Assembly (NCBI GenBank): GCA_026025795.1
Contig: JAPEUG010000001.1
Location: 62,001-126,000 of the forward strand
DNA from: Thelocarpon superellum
Taxonomy: Eukaryota
Reading direction: 5' to 3'
DNA length: 64,000 nucleotides
The notes beneath the pieces were generated by a model. The model did not search any database and had not been told where the DNA came from. It worked only from the letters and a program-made list of their open reading frames with translations. The translations under genes were made by a program, and so were the position numbers. Shown piece by piece: positions 1 to 10,990 of this stretch; the stretch's first letter is position 1, and each line of letters opens with the position of its first letter.

Positions 1-1952
1 TGTACTAGTTGAATAGTGTAGCCACAAAGGAGTCCTTTGAGTCTAGGACCTGCCCTTTGCTGTCTATGGCACAGCTGGTCAACTGCTTGACTCTATATGT
101 AGGGATGTGATGTCCCCCAAATGCCATTACCTGTGGGGCAGGCTTGTCACAGTCACATAGCTGCAGCTCCTTAGCTAGCAGATGTGACACAAAGTTTTGT
201 TCCACTCTAGAATCAATCAGTGCTGTAGCTGTGACTGTCCTGTTGTCTTGCAGGATCTTAATTAGGACAACCAATTATCTTGTGTCAGTCTCAGAATAGT
301 GACTTAGTAGCACCAACACAATGTCTACTAAGCCCCTACTTTTGGGTTGTGTGCTAGCTTCTCTTGCTTCTTACTACAGCAGTCTTTCTCCTTATGGCCC
401 TTGTAGCTGCACTAGTTGCATTTGCTACTAAACCTCTTTGACATTGTATAGGTCAAACTGCTGCTATGGTCCTAGGGCTTAGTTGATGTGGATGAGGTGT
501 TTGATGTTGACAGGGTGGATGTGTGGTTCCATGTACAGCTTCCTCCTGTTGACTGGTTTGGCAGGGATTGGCCTAACCATGATGTTGATCAACTGCTTCT
601 ACACAGCTGTAGTGCTGATCTGTGGCCCTGTTCAGGCCCTGAGCCTAGCCCTAGGGCCCTGCTTGCAGCCTAAGGGTTTAGGAGTTGCTGAACCTTGGAT
701 GCCTCTACTATTAGGCTCTCTCAATTGGTAGGGTGTTTGTCCTTAGTGTCAAGTTCTTGTTGTATCTCTAGTAGTAAGCTAGCCCATAGCACTCTAACAC
801 AAGCTGTGTTGTCAATAGGGTCTATGAGGTCCTCTAGTGATTCCAGGTAGGATACAAAGTGAAATAGGTCCTGTCCTGGCTTCTGCTTTGCTCTGTAGTA
901 TGACTGTGCTGCACTGTCAGCTTGGGTGTTACTAGGGTTGATCAAAAGTTGGAAGAAGTCCTTGACTTCCTTCCAGGTTGTCAGTGGTGTGGCCCCTGCT
1001 TGCTTGTATACAAACTGGTTAACTATACCAGGTCCTAGCCAGTTGCTTGTGAGGGTAAGCTGGTCCTCATCTGTCTTATAGGTGTATGGCTTGGTTTGTA
1101 GAAGGTGTTTGACACAGTAGACCTAGTATTGCTACTTGTTGTAGGTGTGACTGTTGTAGTAGGGCAGATTACCCACATCCCTGTCCTTCTCCTCTCTGTG
1201 TTGCTTCTGTGTAGTGCCTAAGGATGTGGATGAGTCAGGTGAATGGGGTTGTTGTTGAGAAGCATTCCTAGCTGTCTGCTCAAGTGCAGTGTCAAGCTGT
1301 GTTTCTCTAGAGGTCTCATTGGTGGTTTCTCTAGGTGTGGTGTCTGTTACACAGCTCTGCCACCTAGCAATCTCTTGCTCTAGTTTTTGAATATCAGCTT
1401 CCTCCTTGAGGACATGCAGCTGTTCTTTGAGGGTCTGCTTGTGTTGTAGGTAGGATATCATGGCTGTAGGTGGTGTAGGGGCTTCTGTGCTTGTTGAGGC
1501 CTGCTGGATCTCATAGTCCTGTTGGCTGTCTGCTAAGATCTCAGTGTTGGTGTTGATGTTGTTGATCCTGGTCTTGGTGTTGGCTCTGCTTGACCCCTGC
1601 ATAGCTTCTAGGTAGGATGTTGCTTGAGTCTCCACTATGGTGCCTGTCTAACTGGTTCTAGCTAGCACTCTGCTAGGTATCTGAGTGTTCAAAACTGTGA
1701 CAACAAAGGCCTACAGCTAGGTGGAAACAGTAGATGTAGTCAATGGAGTTGGCTCTGTAGCTCCTAGGGCTCACAGACCTATAACTAGCCTCCTTGTGTT
1801 ACTTGAGTTAAATGCTGGGGCTCTGCTAGCTTGTAGTGGGACTTGGTTTATATACAGTGTGCTAGGTCATGTGCTGTATCATGTGACTATCACATGGCTG
1901 TCATGTGATCACTCTTATCCTCATGGCAAGGTGTGGAGCTCCTAGCCTCACA
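1..1952 (-). mobile_element. Degenerate Ty3/Gypsy LTR retrotransposon (5' LTR, gag, zinc knuckle, aspartic protease), truncated by the window edge
   Basis: Minus strand shows gag-like fragments (1132..1635, 721..945), a CX2CX4HX4C knuckle 'C N * C S Y K G H K E K D C' at 379..420, and a retropepsin-like 'ALIDSRVEQNFVS' (decayed DSGA) in 5..274. Many in-frame stops. The probable gag ATG reads ATA at ~1636-1638. Confidence 0.85.
1696..1952 (-). repeat. Putative 5' LTR (257 bp) of the Gypsy element
   Basis: Bounded by inverted termini TGTGA (1696) and TCACA (1952), with a TATATAAA box on the minus strand at ~1846-1853, just upstream of gag. The second LTR would lie outside the window, so it cannot be confirmed here. 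Confidence 0.7.
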
Positions 1953-2939
1953 CTACCCTATACAAGCCACCTACTGTAGCTGTTGGATGTCAGTTGCTTC
2001 CAGCCCTACAAGCACTACTACACCTGTGCTGTTGACAATGCTGCACAACATGGCAATGAAGCTATTAACAAGGTGCAATTCCTGTCAATCCTGCTACACA
2101 TTTGCTAGCAAGCTTTCACTAAATCAAATGTGAAGTTGGCCTTCTAGAAGACAGGTATTGTGCTATACAATCTAGATGTTATACTATAGCAATTGAACAA
2201 AGCCTCACAACCTGCTACACCTCTGATTGATAATAATGACAACAATAACAATGGCCCTTCTACCCTACTACTCTAGACCCCTACAACACTATAGTAGATC
2301 AAACAACACACAGAGGCCTTGCTACTAGCTGTGGAACCTGTCAACAATGTCCCTCACCTTCTAGAGGCATTGCTGAAGCTTGTACAGAGTGCTAAGCAGT
2401 TGATGTCACACACAATACTGATGGAATTAGAGCTAGACAACCTCTACTAGTTGATCAAGGAACAGGTGCAATGTTCCACACATTGCTAGACTGTTCTACA
2501 GCATGGAGGGTTGCTCTGTGTTGAGGAAGTGTAGGAGCTCATTTAACAGAAAGAGCTGGAACATGAGGAAGAGGTTGTACAATGGCAGAACTGGGAAGGT
2601 CAACACTAGCAATAACAGGATCTCAAGCTATAGGTGTCAATCACAAAGGACAAGTGCAAGAAGTGTTAGCTAGAGGTCAAGGCAGTGAAGGAAGAGGCCT
2701 TGAATAGCCAACAAGTGAGTTAGACAATAGGGATGGAAGCAATATCAGAGGCTACAGATGATGAAGAAGTGGCCTAATTGGATCAAAACAACTTTGAATC
2801 AAGTTACTAGTCTATAGACCCTTCTCTCCTAGCTATCTAATGTATCTACTTTGCAATTGTGTTGTCAATCTGATCTGTAGGCCTCCTGACCCTGATTCTG
2901 TACAGAATTGGTGGTTGTACAGAATTGACCATAGCTACT
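1953..2939 (+). pseudogene. 3' part of a pogo/Fot1 (DDE_1) DNA transposase relic with right terminal repeat
   Basis: From 1953 it translates as LPYTSHLL*LLDVSCFQPYKHYY (decayed PPHTSHLLQPLDV motif), then FTKSNVKLAF*KTGIVLYNLDVIL (AFxxTGIxPxNP motif) and an 'LQHGG' coiled-coil tail. A TIR-like end has the direct repeat TGTACAGAATTG at 2899-2910 and 2916-2927. Confidence 0.8.
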
Positions 2940-2962
2940 CCTACTACTACTACTACTAGTAG

Positions 2963-3053
2963 TGTAGGAGCGCGCACGTGATCTGGTCACGTGCCCACTC
3001 CTATCACTATCCCAGACTACGCGTAGATTAGCAATTCAGCTCTGGTTCCTACA
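2963..3053. mobile_element. 91-bp mini-element (tiny solo LTR or MITE), copy 1
   Basis: TGTAGGA...TCCTACA inverted termini. It differs at 5 of 91 positions from the copy at 42692..42782. No TSD is visible because it sits in CTA/TAG low-complexity DNA. Confidence 0.75.
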
Positions 3054-3343
3054 TTACTACTACTAAAAGTAGTAATAGTATTACTCGTACAAATATGAAC
3101 GTACTAGTAGCATGTTAGTGCTCGTACAGTGGAGTGCTCGTACAGTTACTCGCACCAGAAGTCGTTGGATCTGCCGGGAGCTTGACCCATCCTCTATGCT
3201 CAATCAAGCCAAGCGGCGCCCAGGCGGTCAGCTTTTCTGGCAAGTTCCCCACCACCAGAATTGTCGGGAAGAATTTCAGGTCCAAATGTTACCGCGGACC
3301 AGGACAGAGCAAACCTCCCCCCACGACCTCCAGCAACATCAAG

Positions 3344-5374
3344 ATGGGGGTGGGACGTCGCATGAAAAAACAAGGCCCGCCGCCGGATCTGGGCAAAGCT
3401 CACTTGGGCCCCAAACGTAAGTTCGTCGAGCCGGATGGTGATCGAGGAGGCAAGAAGCGGAGGACGTCGGCGGCGGGACCGAAGGCTGGTGCCAGGACAA
3501 AGAACAATCGGAGTGGGAATGGAATCACATCGAAGTCGGAGTCGCTCGAGCAGAAACCTTCTAAGCCCTTTCATGCCAACGGCAACGCCGTTCCGGTGCA
3601 GAACACACGTCCTGTTGGAACGAAGAGGAGGGCGCCACGTCCCCTGATCGAGCCCGACGAGTCGGAGTTGGAGTTGATAGATGATGAGGTTGAGGAGGGA
3701 GAGGAGGGAGAGGAAGGAGATGGCGCAGATGAGAATGGCTTCCTGGACTCAGACTCCTCAGTAGTCGACTCGGATGAAGAACGACGAGCCATCTTCTCGG
3801 AAGACGAGGACGAATCGGACGCGGAAGAGAAGCTGAGCGCAGCCAACATCGCCGGACTCAGTCGAAAACTGGACGAGCAACTGCAAGAAGAGCAAGACCA
3901 AGCACAAGCGGAGCTGGAGGAGGCCGCGCTTCAGACCAATATCGCAGGAGATGGCGATGAGCGGACGAGCGACGTGGACGACGACGACGACGAGACCCGC
4001 CCGGCCACACGACTAGCCCCCGATCTACAGATGCTGCGGACCCGGCTGACGGACACGGTGCGCATCCTCGACGACTTCTCGCAGCGAGCGGAAGCCGGGC
4101 GATCACGAGCAAGCTACACGGCGCAGCTCCAGCGCGACGTGTGCGCCTACTACGGCTACTCGGCCTTCCTGGCCGAGAAGCTCCTCAACCTGTTTCCGCC
4201 GCGCGAAGCCTTTGCCTTTTTCGAAGCCAACGAGACCGCGCGACCCGTCGTGATCCGCACCAACACGCTCAAGACGCACCGACGCGACCTAGCGCAGTCG
4301 CTGATCAACCGAGGCGTGACACTGGAGCCCGTGGGCAAATGGTCCAAAGTCGGACTGCAGGTGTTCGAGAGCCAGGTCCCGCTGGGCGCCACGCCCGAAT
4401 ACCTCGCGGGACACTACATCCTGCAAGCGGCCTCATCCTTTCTGCCCGTCATGGCGCTGGCGCCGCAAGAGCACGAGCGCATTCTCGACATGGCAGCGGC
4501 GCCGGGCGGCAAAACGACCTACATGGCGGCGCTGATGAAAAACACAGGGGTGATATTCGCCAACGACGCGAGCAAGACGCGCGCCAAGGGGCTGATCGGG
4601 AACATCCACCGACTGGGGGCGAAGAACACGATCGTAAGCAACCACGACGCGCGGCTGTTCCCCAGCATAATCGGGGGCTTTGACCGCGTGCTGCTCGACG
4701 CGCCATGCTCCGGCACAGGCGTGATCAGCAAAGACTCGAGCGTCAAGACGAACAAGAACGCGCGGGACTTCCTCCTCCTCCCGCACCGACAGCGCCAGCT
4801 GCTACTCAGCGCCATTGACAGCGTGGACCACGCGAGCCGCAGCGGCGGCTACGTCGTCTACTCGACGTGCAGCGTGAGCGTGGAGGAGAACGAGAGCGTG
4901 GTATCGTACGCGCTGCGCAAGCGGCCCAACGTCCGCCTGGTCGAGACGGGCCTGCCGTTTGGAAGAGAGGGGTTCACGAATTACATGGGGAAGAGGTTCG
5001 ACGCCAGGATGAAGTACACCAGGCGCTTTTACCCCCACGTGCATAACGTCGATGGCTTCTTCGTCGCCAAGTTGCGCAAGGTCGCGCCGACGCCCGCGCC
5101 GACGAGTGCGGCGGCGGCGACGGGTGCGGGGACCGAGGAAGTCGGCGTGGCGGAGGTGGGTGGCAAGAAGCGCGGGAACGCTTCCACGCACGACAGAGAG
5201 GGAGAGGGAGACGGAGATGGAAGTGGAGATGGCGGGCCGGGCTGGAACGACGCAGAAGACAAGGTCTACATTGCCAGAGCCAGACGTGCCGCGTTGCGGA
5301 AGAAGGGGGTCGATCCGCGGGCTGTGCGGCTGACGTCTTCTGCGAGTGAGATACGGTCGGCTGGAGGAAAGTAG
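3344..5374 (+). CDS. NOP2: 25S rRNA cytosine-C5 methyltransferase Nop2 (intronless)
   Basis: MGVGRRMKKQGPP start, acidic N-terminus, GATPEYLAGHYILQ, ILDMAAAPGGKT, FDRVLLDAPCSGTG, VYSTCS..EENE and PHVHNVDGFFVAKL motifs. Confidence 0.95.
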   Translation: MGVGRRMKKQGPPPDLGKAHLGPKRKFVEPDGDRGGKKRRTSAAGPKAGARTKNNRSGNGITSKSESLEQKPSKPFHANGNAVPVQNTRPVGTKRRAPRPLIEPDESELELIDDEVEEGEEGEEGDGADENGFLDSDSSVVDSDEERRAIFSEDEDESDAEEKLSAANIAGLSRKLDEQLQEEQDQAQAELEEAALQTNIAGDGDERTSDVDDDDDETRPATRLAPDLQMLRTRLTDTVRILDDFSQRAEAGRSRASYTAQLQRDVCAYYGYSAFLAEKLLNLFPPREAFAFFEANETARPVVIRTNTLKTHRRDLAQSLINRGVTLEPVGKWSKVGLQVFESQVPLGATPEYLAGHYILQAASSFLPVMALAPQEHERILDMAAAPGGKTTYMAALMKNTGVIFANDASKTRAKGLIGNIHRLGAKNTIVSNHDARLFPSIIGGFDRVLLDAPCSGTGVISKDSSVKTNKNARDFLLLPHRQRQLLLSAIDSVDHASRSGGYVVYSTCSVSVEENESVVSYALRKRPNVRLVETGLPFGREGFTNYMGKRFDARMKYTRRFYPHVHNVDGFFVAKLRKVAPTPAPTSAAAATGAGTEEVGVAEVGGKKRGNASTHDREGEGDGDGSGDGGPGWNDAEDKVYIARARRAALRKKGVDPRAVRLTSSASEIRSAGGK

Positions 5375-5602
5375 AGCCGAGAACTCTCTGGTCTCTTTCC
5401 CTTGTATATAGCTATCTGGAGGTATCCTGGTCGCCCATCGGCCCATCGCCGTCGTCGTCGTCGTCATCATGGCTATCATCTCAATATGTCCCAGAAATGA
5501 AACGAGGGGGGAAAGGAGGAAGGTCCAATGAAGTCTGTCCTGTAACGGGGCAGGGTGAGAAGACAAAAGAGAGAAGACAATGTTCCGAGAAATGTGTCAA
5601 GA

Positions 5603-8600
5603 TCAGCACGCCCGATATATCTTCACCACGCCCAGCACGTCCCGACGGCACACAGGACAAGTGGAGAGACGCTTGGCGCATGCCAGGCACGCACAGACGT
5701 GTCCACAATCGTAGAAAAGACTGTCCATCTCGCCCTCGTAGCAGATCTGGCACAATTGCACCTCGTCGTCCGACACCTCATAGTGCATCACCCCGCGGCC
5801 GTGCCGTCGTCCGTCCTTGAAGCCTCCAATGTACGTGTTGCCCGTCCGACTGTAGATCATCTTCCCCTGTCCCTCCGGCACGTCCTTGGCCCATTCGCCC
5901 GAGTACTGGTCGCCGTTCTCAAACGTCATGCTTCCCTGTCCGTGGCGAAAGCCCGCTCGGAACAGCCCGTCGTATTGCCTTCCATCAGGATAGATCATCC
6001 TCCCATGGCCGTGCGGTCGGCCGTGCAGACACGAGACCCGTCGATACCCACCTCCGAGGCGATTGGCAGTCTCCTCCTTCGCCTTCTCTTTCTGGATCGA
6101 CGCGGGAAAGGGGTCGAGTTCGTGTCGGCAGAGATACCAGGCGTACTGCGGGAACGAGGTAAAGTGTCCCGCGGCCTCAAGTTTCTCCCGACTGTCTTAT
6201 CGTCAGCAATGGTCGCAACAACTGATCACCGAGCAGACAAGTACTGACTCGCACAGCCGATCTTCAACCACGATGATCTCGACATCCTGGTCGTGCACCA
6301 CGTCCTGCTCCGACACGCCGCTGATGATTTGAAAGGGCTCTTCCTTCCACAGCATGCACAGATCGTGGCATTTCTCGCCACGTGCAGCCGCAGGGGCAAC
6401 CCATGCCTTGTCTTTATCCAGTATCTCATACACCGCCTCCTCGACCTTCTGCCCGATCAACACCCGACGGAACCCGTATCCGCTCAACTGTTGTGTCTTG
6501 GGCCGGAACAGTTTGATGAAGATGTAGTTGTATCTCCTGTTCGACCGAATGGTACGGGTTGGGTGCTCGGGAAGCCCGCCGAGAAGCTGATTCATCGAGT
6601 CTGATGCACCCGTCGATGGCTGTTCGTCGGGATGACTCGACTCACCGAGGACCATTCGCCTCAGCTGTTCCGATGCCGCTCGTCGGACCTGAATTTGGGC
6701 AAGAGGTAAGAACTCCATCGAGCTCGTTGCGGAGCCGGTCGCGGATCCTTCATCTTGGACGGTAACGCTGTTTTCTTCCCGGTGACTCGCACCTTCCACC
6801 GATTGCATCACCTCAAAAGGTCGCCCATCCGTAGACTCCTCGTTGATTGCTGACCTCTCTGGGCGGTGGGACGACGACGACGACGGAAACTCGGCCTCCA
6901 AACCAGAGAGGACCGTCGTCTCAGTGTCTTCCTCTCCTCGTCCCCAGTGCGGAAGGTCGCCTGATGGATTGTCAGTCCAAGCCTATGACCATCACCCTCA
7001 AGCCTTACCGATGGGGACCACATGGAGTAGAAGCAGTCCCTCCTTGGCTTGCTTCACCGTCAAGCCTTCGGGGCATGGTGACGGTCTGCTACGAAAGTGC
7101 GGCGTCAGGTCGGCGCTCCACAACTGGCATTGCGCCGGGCTCTCGATCCCCTCGATCTTTGACGCCAGCGCCGCTTGAATATCCGGGAGACGGACATCAG
7201 CGGGAACGGAAATCGTGAAAAAGTCCTGGTTCGCCACACCACGCTGCCGAAGGTCGTAAACGTCGAGGAACCCTCTTCCCGCATACCGTGCGACGGCTTT
7301 CGAGGATATCACCTGGAGCTGGACCATCCCATCTATGCCTTTGGTGAGTGGAGTTGGGGGCCGCGTCGTCCAAGTCGGCGACTCCATGGTTTGAAGCGTA
7401 TCCGAGCCAAGCTCCCGCACCACATCGTTTCGCAGATAGATTAAGACGTGCGGCACTGCTTCCGTTCCTTTCCCTCGACTGCCCGACGCCACTCCCCGAT
7501 GTGCCTCGAACACTTCTTTCCGAGTCAACCAACGCGCTCGGTAGGATCCGTGATCTTCCATGTTGCCAAGCCACCGTTGTGGCTGGCCAGGGGTCCCATG
7601 CGCGGCGATGTGATAGAAGTGACCGGAGCGTAGGTCGCCTTCGTGCATGACCATACCATGAAGACTGTATCCAGCCTCAACTTCCTGCTCTGGAACCCAC
7701 GGCCGCAGATCAAGGTCCTCGTTAATATGAATTTCATCGACAATCTTCCGCCATCGCCGGATACTGACGTCAAATTCTTGCCGGTCCAGCTCGATCTGCA
7801 GCACTTTGGGTGGCCTTTCGATGACCGTGTTTGCCTTGTCGTCAAGCGCCTTGGTCAGGGCGGTCTGCACATCTTTAGAAGACGTAATGATAAGGCGAAA
7901 GCTTGGCCGTTTCCAGGCGCACAAGAGGGCTTGGCCGTCGTCCGTCTCATCCTTCGACACTCGCCTCGTGCGGCCATCAAACAGGTCTTCCATTTGAGCC
8001 ACAATACCCCGGTCCCTGATCTCGCGCTCGAGGGTGCGTCTCAGGATCTCCCAGCACTCCACGACCTCGGTATCGGATCCAAAGTCTACACCCCGCTGCA
8101 TCAGATAGCCAATGACCGGCTGAACGGAGACGGGAGACCGGACGGAAGTTCGGTCGAGATCGTGAAAGAGCTGCTGCAGGATCAAGACCATCCACTTTGG
8201 ACGTTCCGCGGGGAAGTCGCTCGATTCACGGATGGGAATGCTGTTGATGAGATTCCGAAAGGGGGGAAGCGATGCCCAGGTGGACAGGGCGGCGACGAGA
8301 TACGCCCGCCCAGGTGTGCTGCTCTCGAGCGCGCGGACGCCTGCTTTGAAAGTGCCCTTGTCGCGGTCATCTTCCCACAGGCACGCAGTATCGTCTTTGA
8401 TCAGGCGGATGTAGGCCGTGAAGGCGAGGGTATCGTTGCTGACCAACGCTCGTCGTTGACCTCGAAATCGCTTGAAAGCCTGTCGATGGGGGCCGTAGAA
8501 CCTGGTCCATCCCTGGTCTGGAGCTGAAGTGGAAAAGCGATGATGATTGCCCCGGCTAACGTGCACTCGTGGCTCATCAGGGTTGTACATGACTACGCCG

Positions 8601-9984
8601 AACTGGGCAGCTATGCCCCAATACCCCTCAATTTCCCCAGCCTTGAATGGTTCGGGTGGCGTAAGATCCGAGGTTAGGGGATCGACCGGCAGACCTTCAC
8701 GATCTTGCGTCTCGTCAGGGGTATGAGGAGGCATGTCAGGTGGCCGTTCCCCGGGAGAGCGGCCCCGGCCGTCGGATTCGTCTGTTGTGGAGGAGGACGG
8801 TGCCACCTTTGGGGGAGCGCAAGTCGCCCGGGGGGTTAGAGGCTTAGCACATTGCAAGTAAACGCTCATGTGATCGGTCTCGTTGCCTCGGGGAAAGAAT
8901 TTGATAGTCCAATCCCAGTCGCCAATGCGCACGCGGGGGGAGGTCATGAGAGTGGCCTTGGCCGGCTTGTCACGGGTATGGCAGAGATGTGACACGCGCC
9001 AGTGGATTCGGCCCGTCGGCCCTGGGACGTGTTCCGGGTCATCCAGGTCCTCGAAGAAGAGCCGCTCAAAGTGTGCGTCTGTCGTGGCCGGTCAGCCTGC
9101 ACATGGGGCACACGTGAGTCAAGATACGTACGATCTTTGGCCCAGCACTCGGGCTGCGTCTCAATTTCTTGCAGCTCCTCGGCGTCCGGGACGGAGACGT
9201 CCTCGACATGCCGCTCGTCCGAGGACCATTCTTCTTCCGAGTCGGAGGAGCTCGTGCTCTCATCGGGCCGGCGATCTCCCTCTGAGTCGTCTCCGTCCGA
9301 TGCTTCTTCCACCGAGACCGATTGTGGCCGTGCGTGCGGGCTCGCCATGTCCTGTGGCGATGCCTCGTGGATGCTGTCGAGGAATAGGAGGTCGCTCACG
9401 GCGATCTCTGTTGTGGCCACGGCCACCGTTGCTGGCTCGGCTGGTTCGCTCCGCGGGGATAGGGCCTCGGATCGGACCTCCGCCGTGCTCTCAAGGACAC
9501 TACCCGGGTTAAGAAAGGACTCGAAATCAAACCCATCAAGCACGTCGTCTCGACCGAAGCCGAAGTCGAGTGAGATGAGCGGCGACAACTGCTCTGGACC
9601 CAGCGTGGACTGGGTCGCCCAGATCTGGCTAGGAGTTCCGTCGTTGTCGACTCCGTCCTCCTGCCGCATCAGATCCTCGGCGGCAGTGTTGGATCGGGGC
9701 GCCTCTCTCGACGGGGGTCTATGCGGGGGGTGTTGGGACGGCTCGGCCATGTGCGAACCTGCCCGGACTTCTATCGGCGATGAGGCAGCGCCAAGTTCGA
9801 GCAAGGAGAAGGGTGTGGTGTCGACGAGAGGTAGGGAGGATGAGAAGTCGGTAGAGGGGCCGTGATGATGGGGTGGGAACTGGGTGGTGGGACTCAGGTG
9901 TGCGGGGTGGGGAGATGGGGGTCTTGGTCCGAACAAGGACGGCGGTGGATCAATACCGGAGGAGGAGCTTGCAGGGAGGTCCAT
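5603..9984 (-). CDS. USP7/Ubp15-like multidomain protein: MATH + probably inactive USP + MORN repeats + C-terminal RING (spliced)
   Basis: gccgccATGG start at 9984 and an intron at 9079..9131. MATH motif 'WTIKFFPRGN..HMSVYL..DQGWTRF', USP His box 'YSLHGMVMHEGDLRSGHFY', MORN repeats 'YDGLFRAGFRHGQGSMTFENGDQYSGEW', RING 'CQIC..CGHVCACLACAKRLSTCPVCR'. Downstream exon junctions are approximate. Confidence 0.85.
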
Positions 9985-10990
9985 GGCGGCGAGGCTCGAA
10001 GCAGGCAGCGTCGGAGCTCTCTAGAGTCCATAGACGTCCGGCCCGCAGTGATGAGCACGTCCCTGGTCCAAGCCCGTGGGACCACCTCAGCCACCGGAAC
10101 GGGGATGGACCATCATCGGAACCAGGACAGTTGATGGCCGCAGCGAATGCAACGAAGGGAGAGACAGGTCTCAACCGACGAACAATAGCCTGCGCCACAA
10201 CTCTGCCATCGAACAGCAGGACACTTATTGTGCGTGGAGGCACTCCGTGCTACTTTGACTACCTATGCTGATGATGAAGACTACCCTAGATCGCCCAACA
10301 AGTAGACAGGAGAGCCCCCAGTAGCTGTGCCGGGTGCTGGCGATGACGATGGTCAGTCCGAGCCCCGGGGGCTGCGCAGGCTATTGTCTACCGATTGGAA
10401 GGTTTCCGTTGGACAAGCTTCTCCAGCTCGGGGCACCTTGGAGGCACCCCCGCCTAACGTGAAGCGTCCTAGGGGGCCTCGGCTTTATGTTTGCCTGACC
10501 GCAACCTGGGATCGCAGGCGAGGTGAGTCTAAGGCGCACTGGGTTAGAGGGCGGCTAGTTGCGCTCGTTCTACAGGTGACTCTTCACTACCACTTCTGGG
10601 ATCGAGGCGTCAGCTTATTCAGGCCTCAGGATTGACTCATCGACTCACCACCCGGGCGGCCTCGGCTTTTATGCTGGGGCGGGCGTGGAAGCGTGCCGTT
10701 GCGGATCACGGACCACAAAACGCAAAGAATCTACTGGGATGATGATGATGACTCGGGGGTATGACACAATTCCAATTCCAATTCATATTCTACAGTCCCT
10801 CTAGACTCCCTGCCGGGTGTCGACGTCATGCAACCTAAGCGGAGACTACCAAGCTCAAACATCAAGGGCAGGCGGTCGACCGGCGCTGAGCGCTGAGCGA
10901 GACGTGCACATCTCTCGCAGCGGGGACGATCATGTTCGCCCGCGGCCCAAGTCGCCGCACCAGAGTCGTCCTTCCTCTCTACCGTCATGC

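Noticed and set aside
1670..1695. Primer-binding site next to the LTR
   Set aside because: No TGG tRNA-type PBS and no clear self-priming complement is visible after mutation.
3134..3343. 70-aa N-terminal extension of NOP2 in the ORF track
   Set aside because: It uses a GTG start. The conserved N-terminus MGVGRR begins at ATG 3344.
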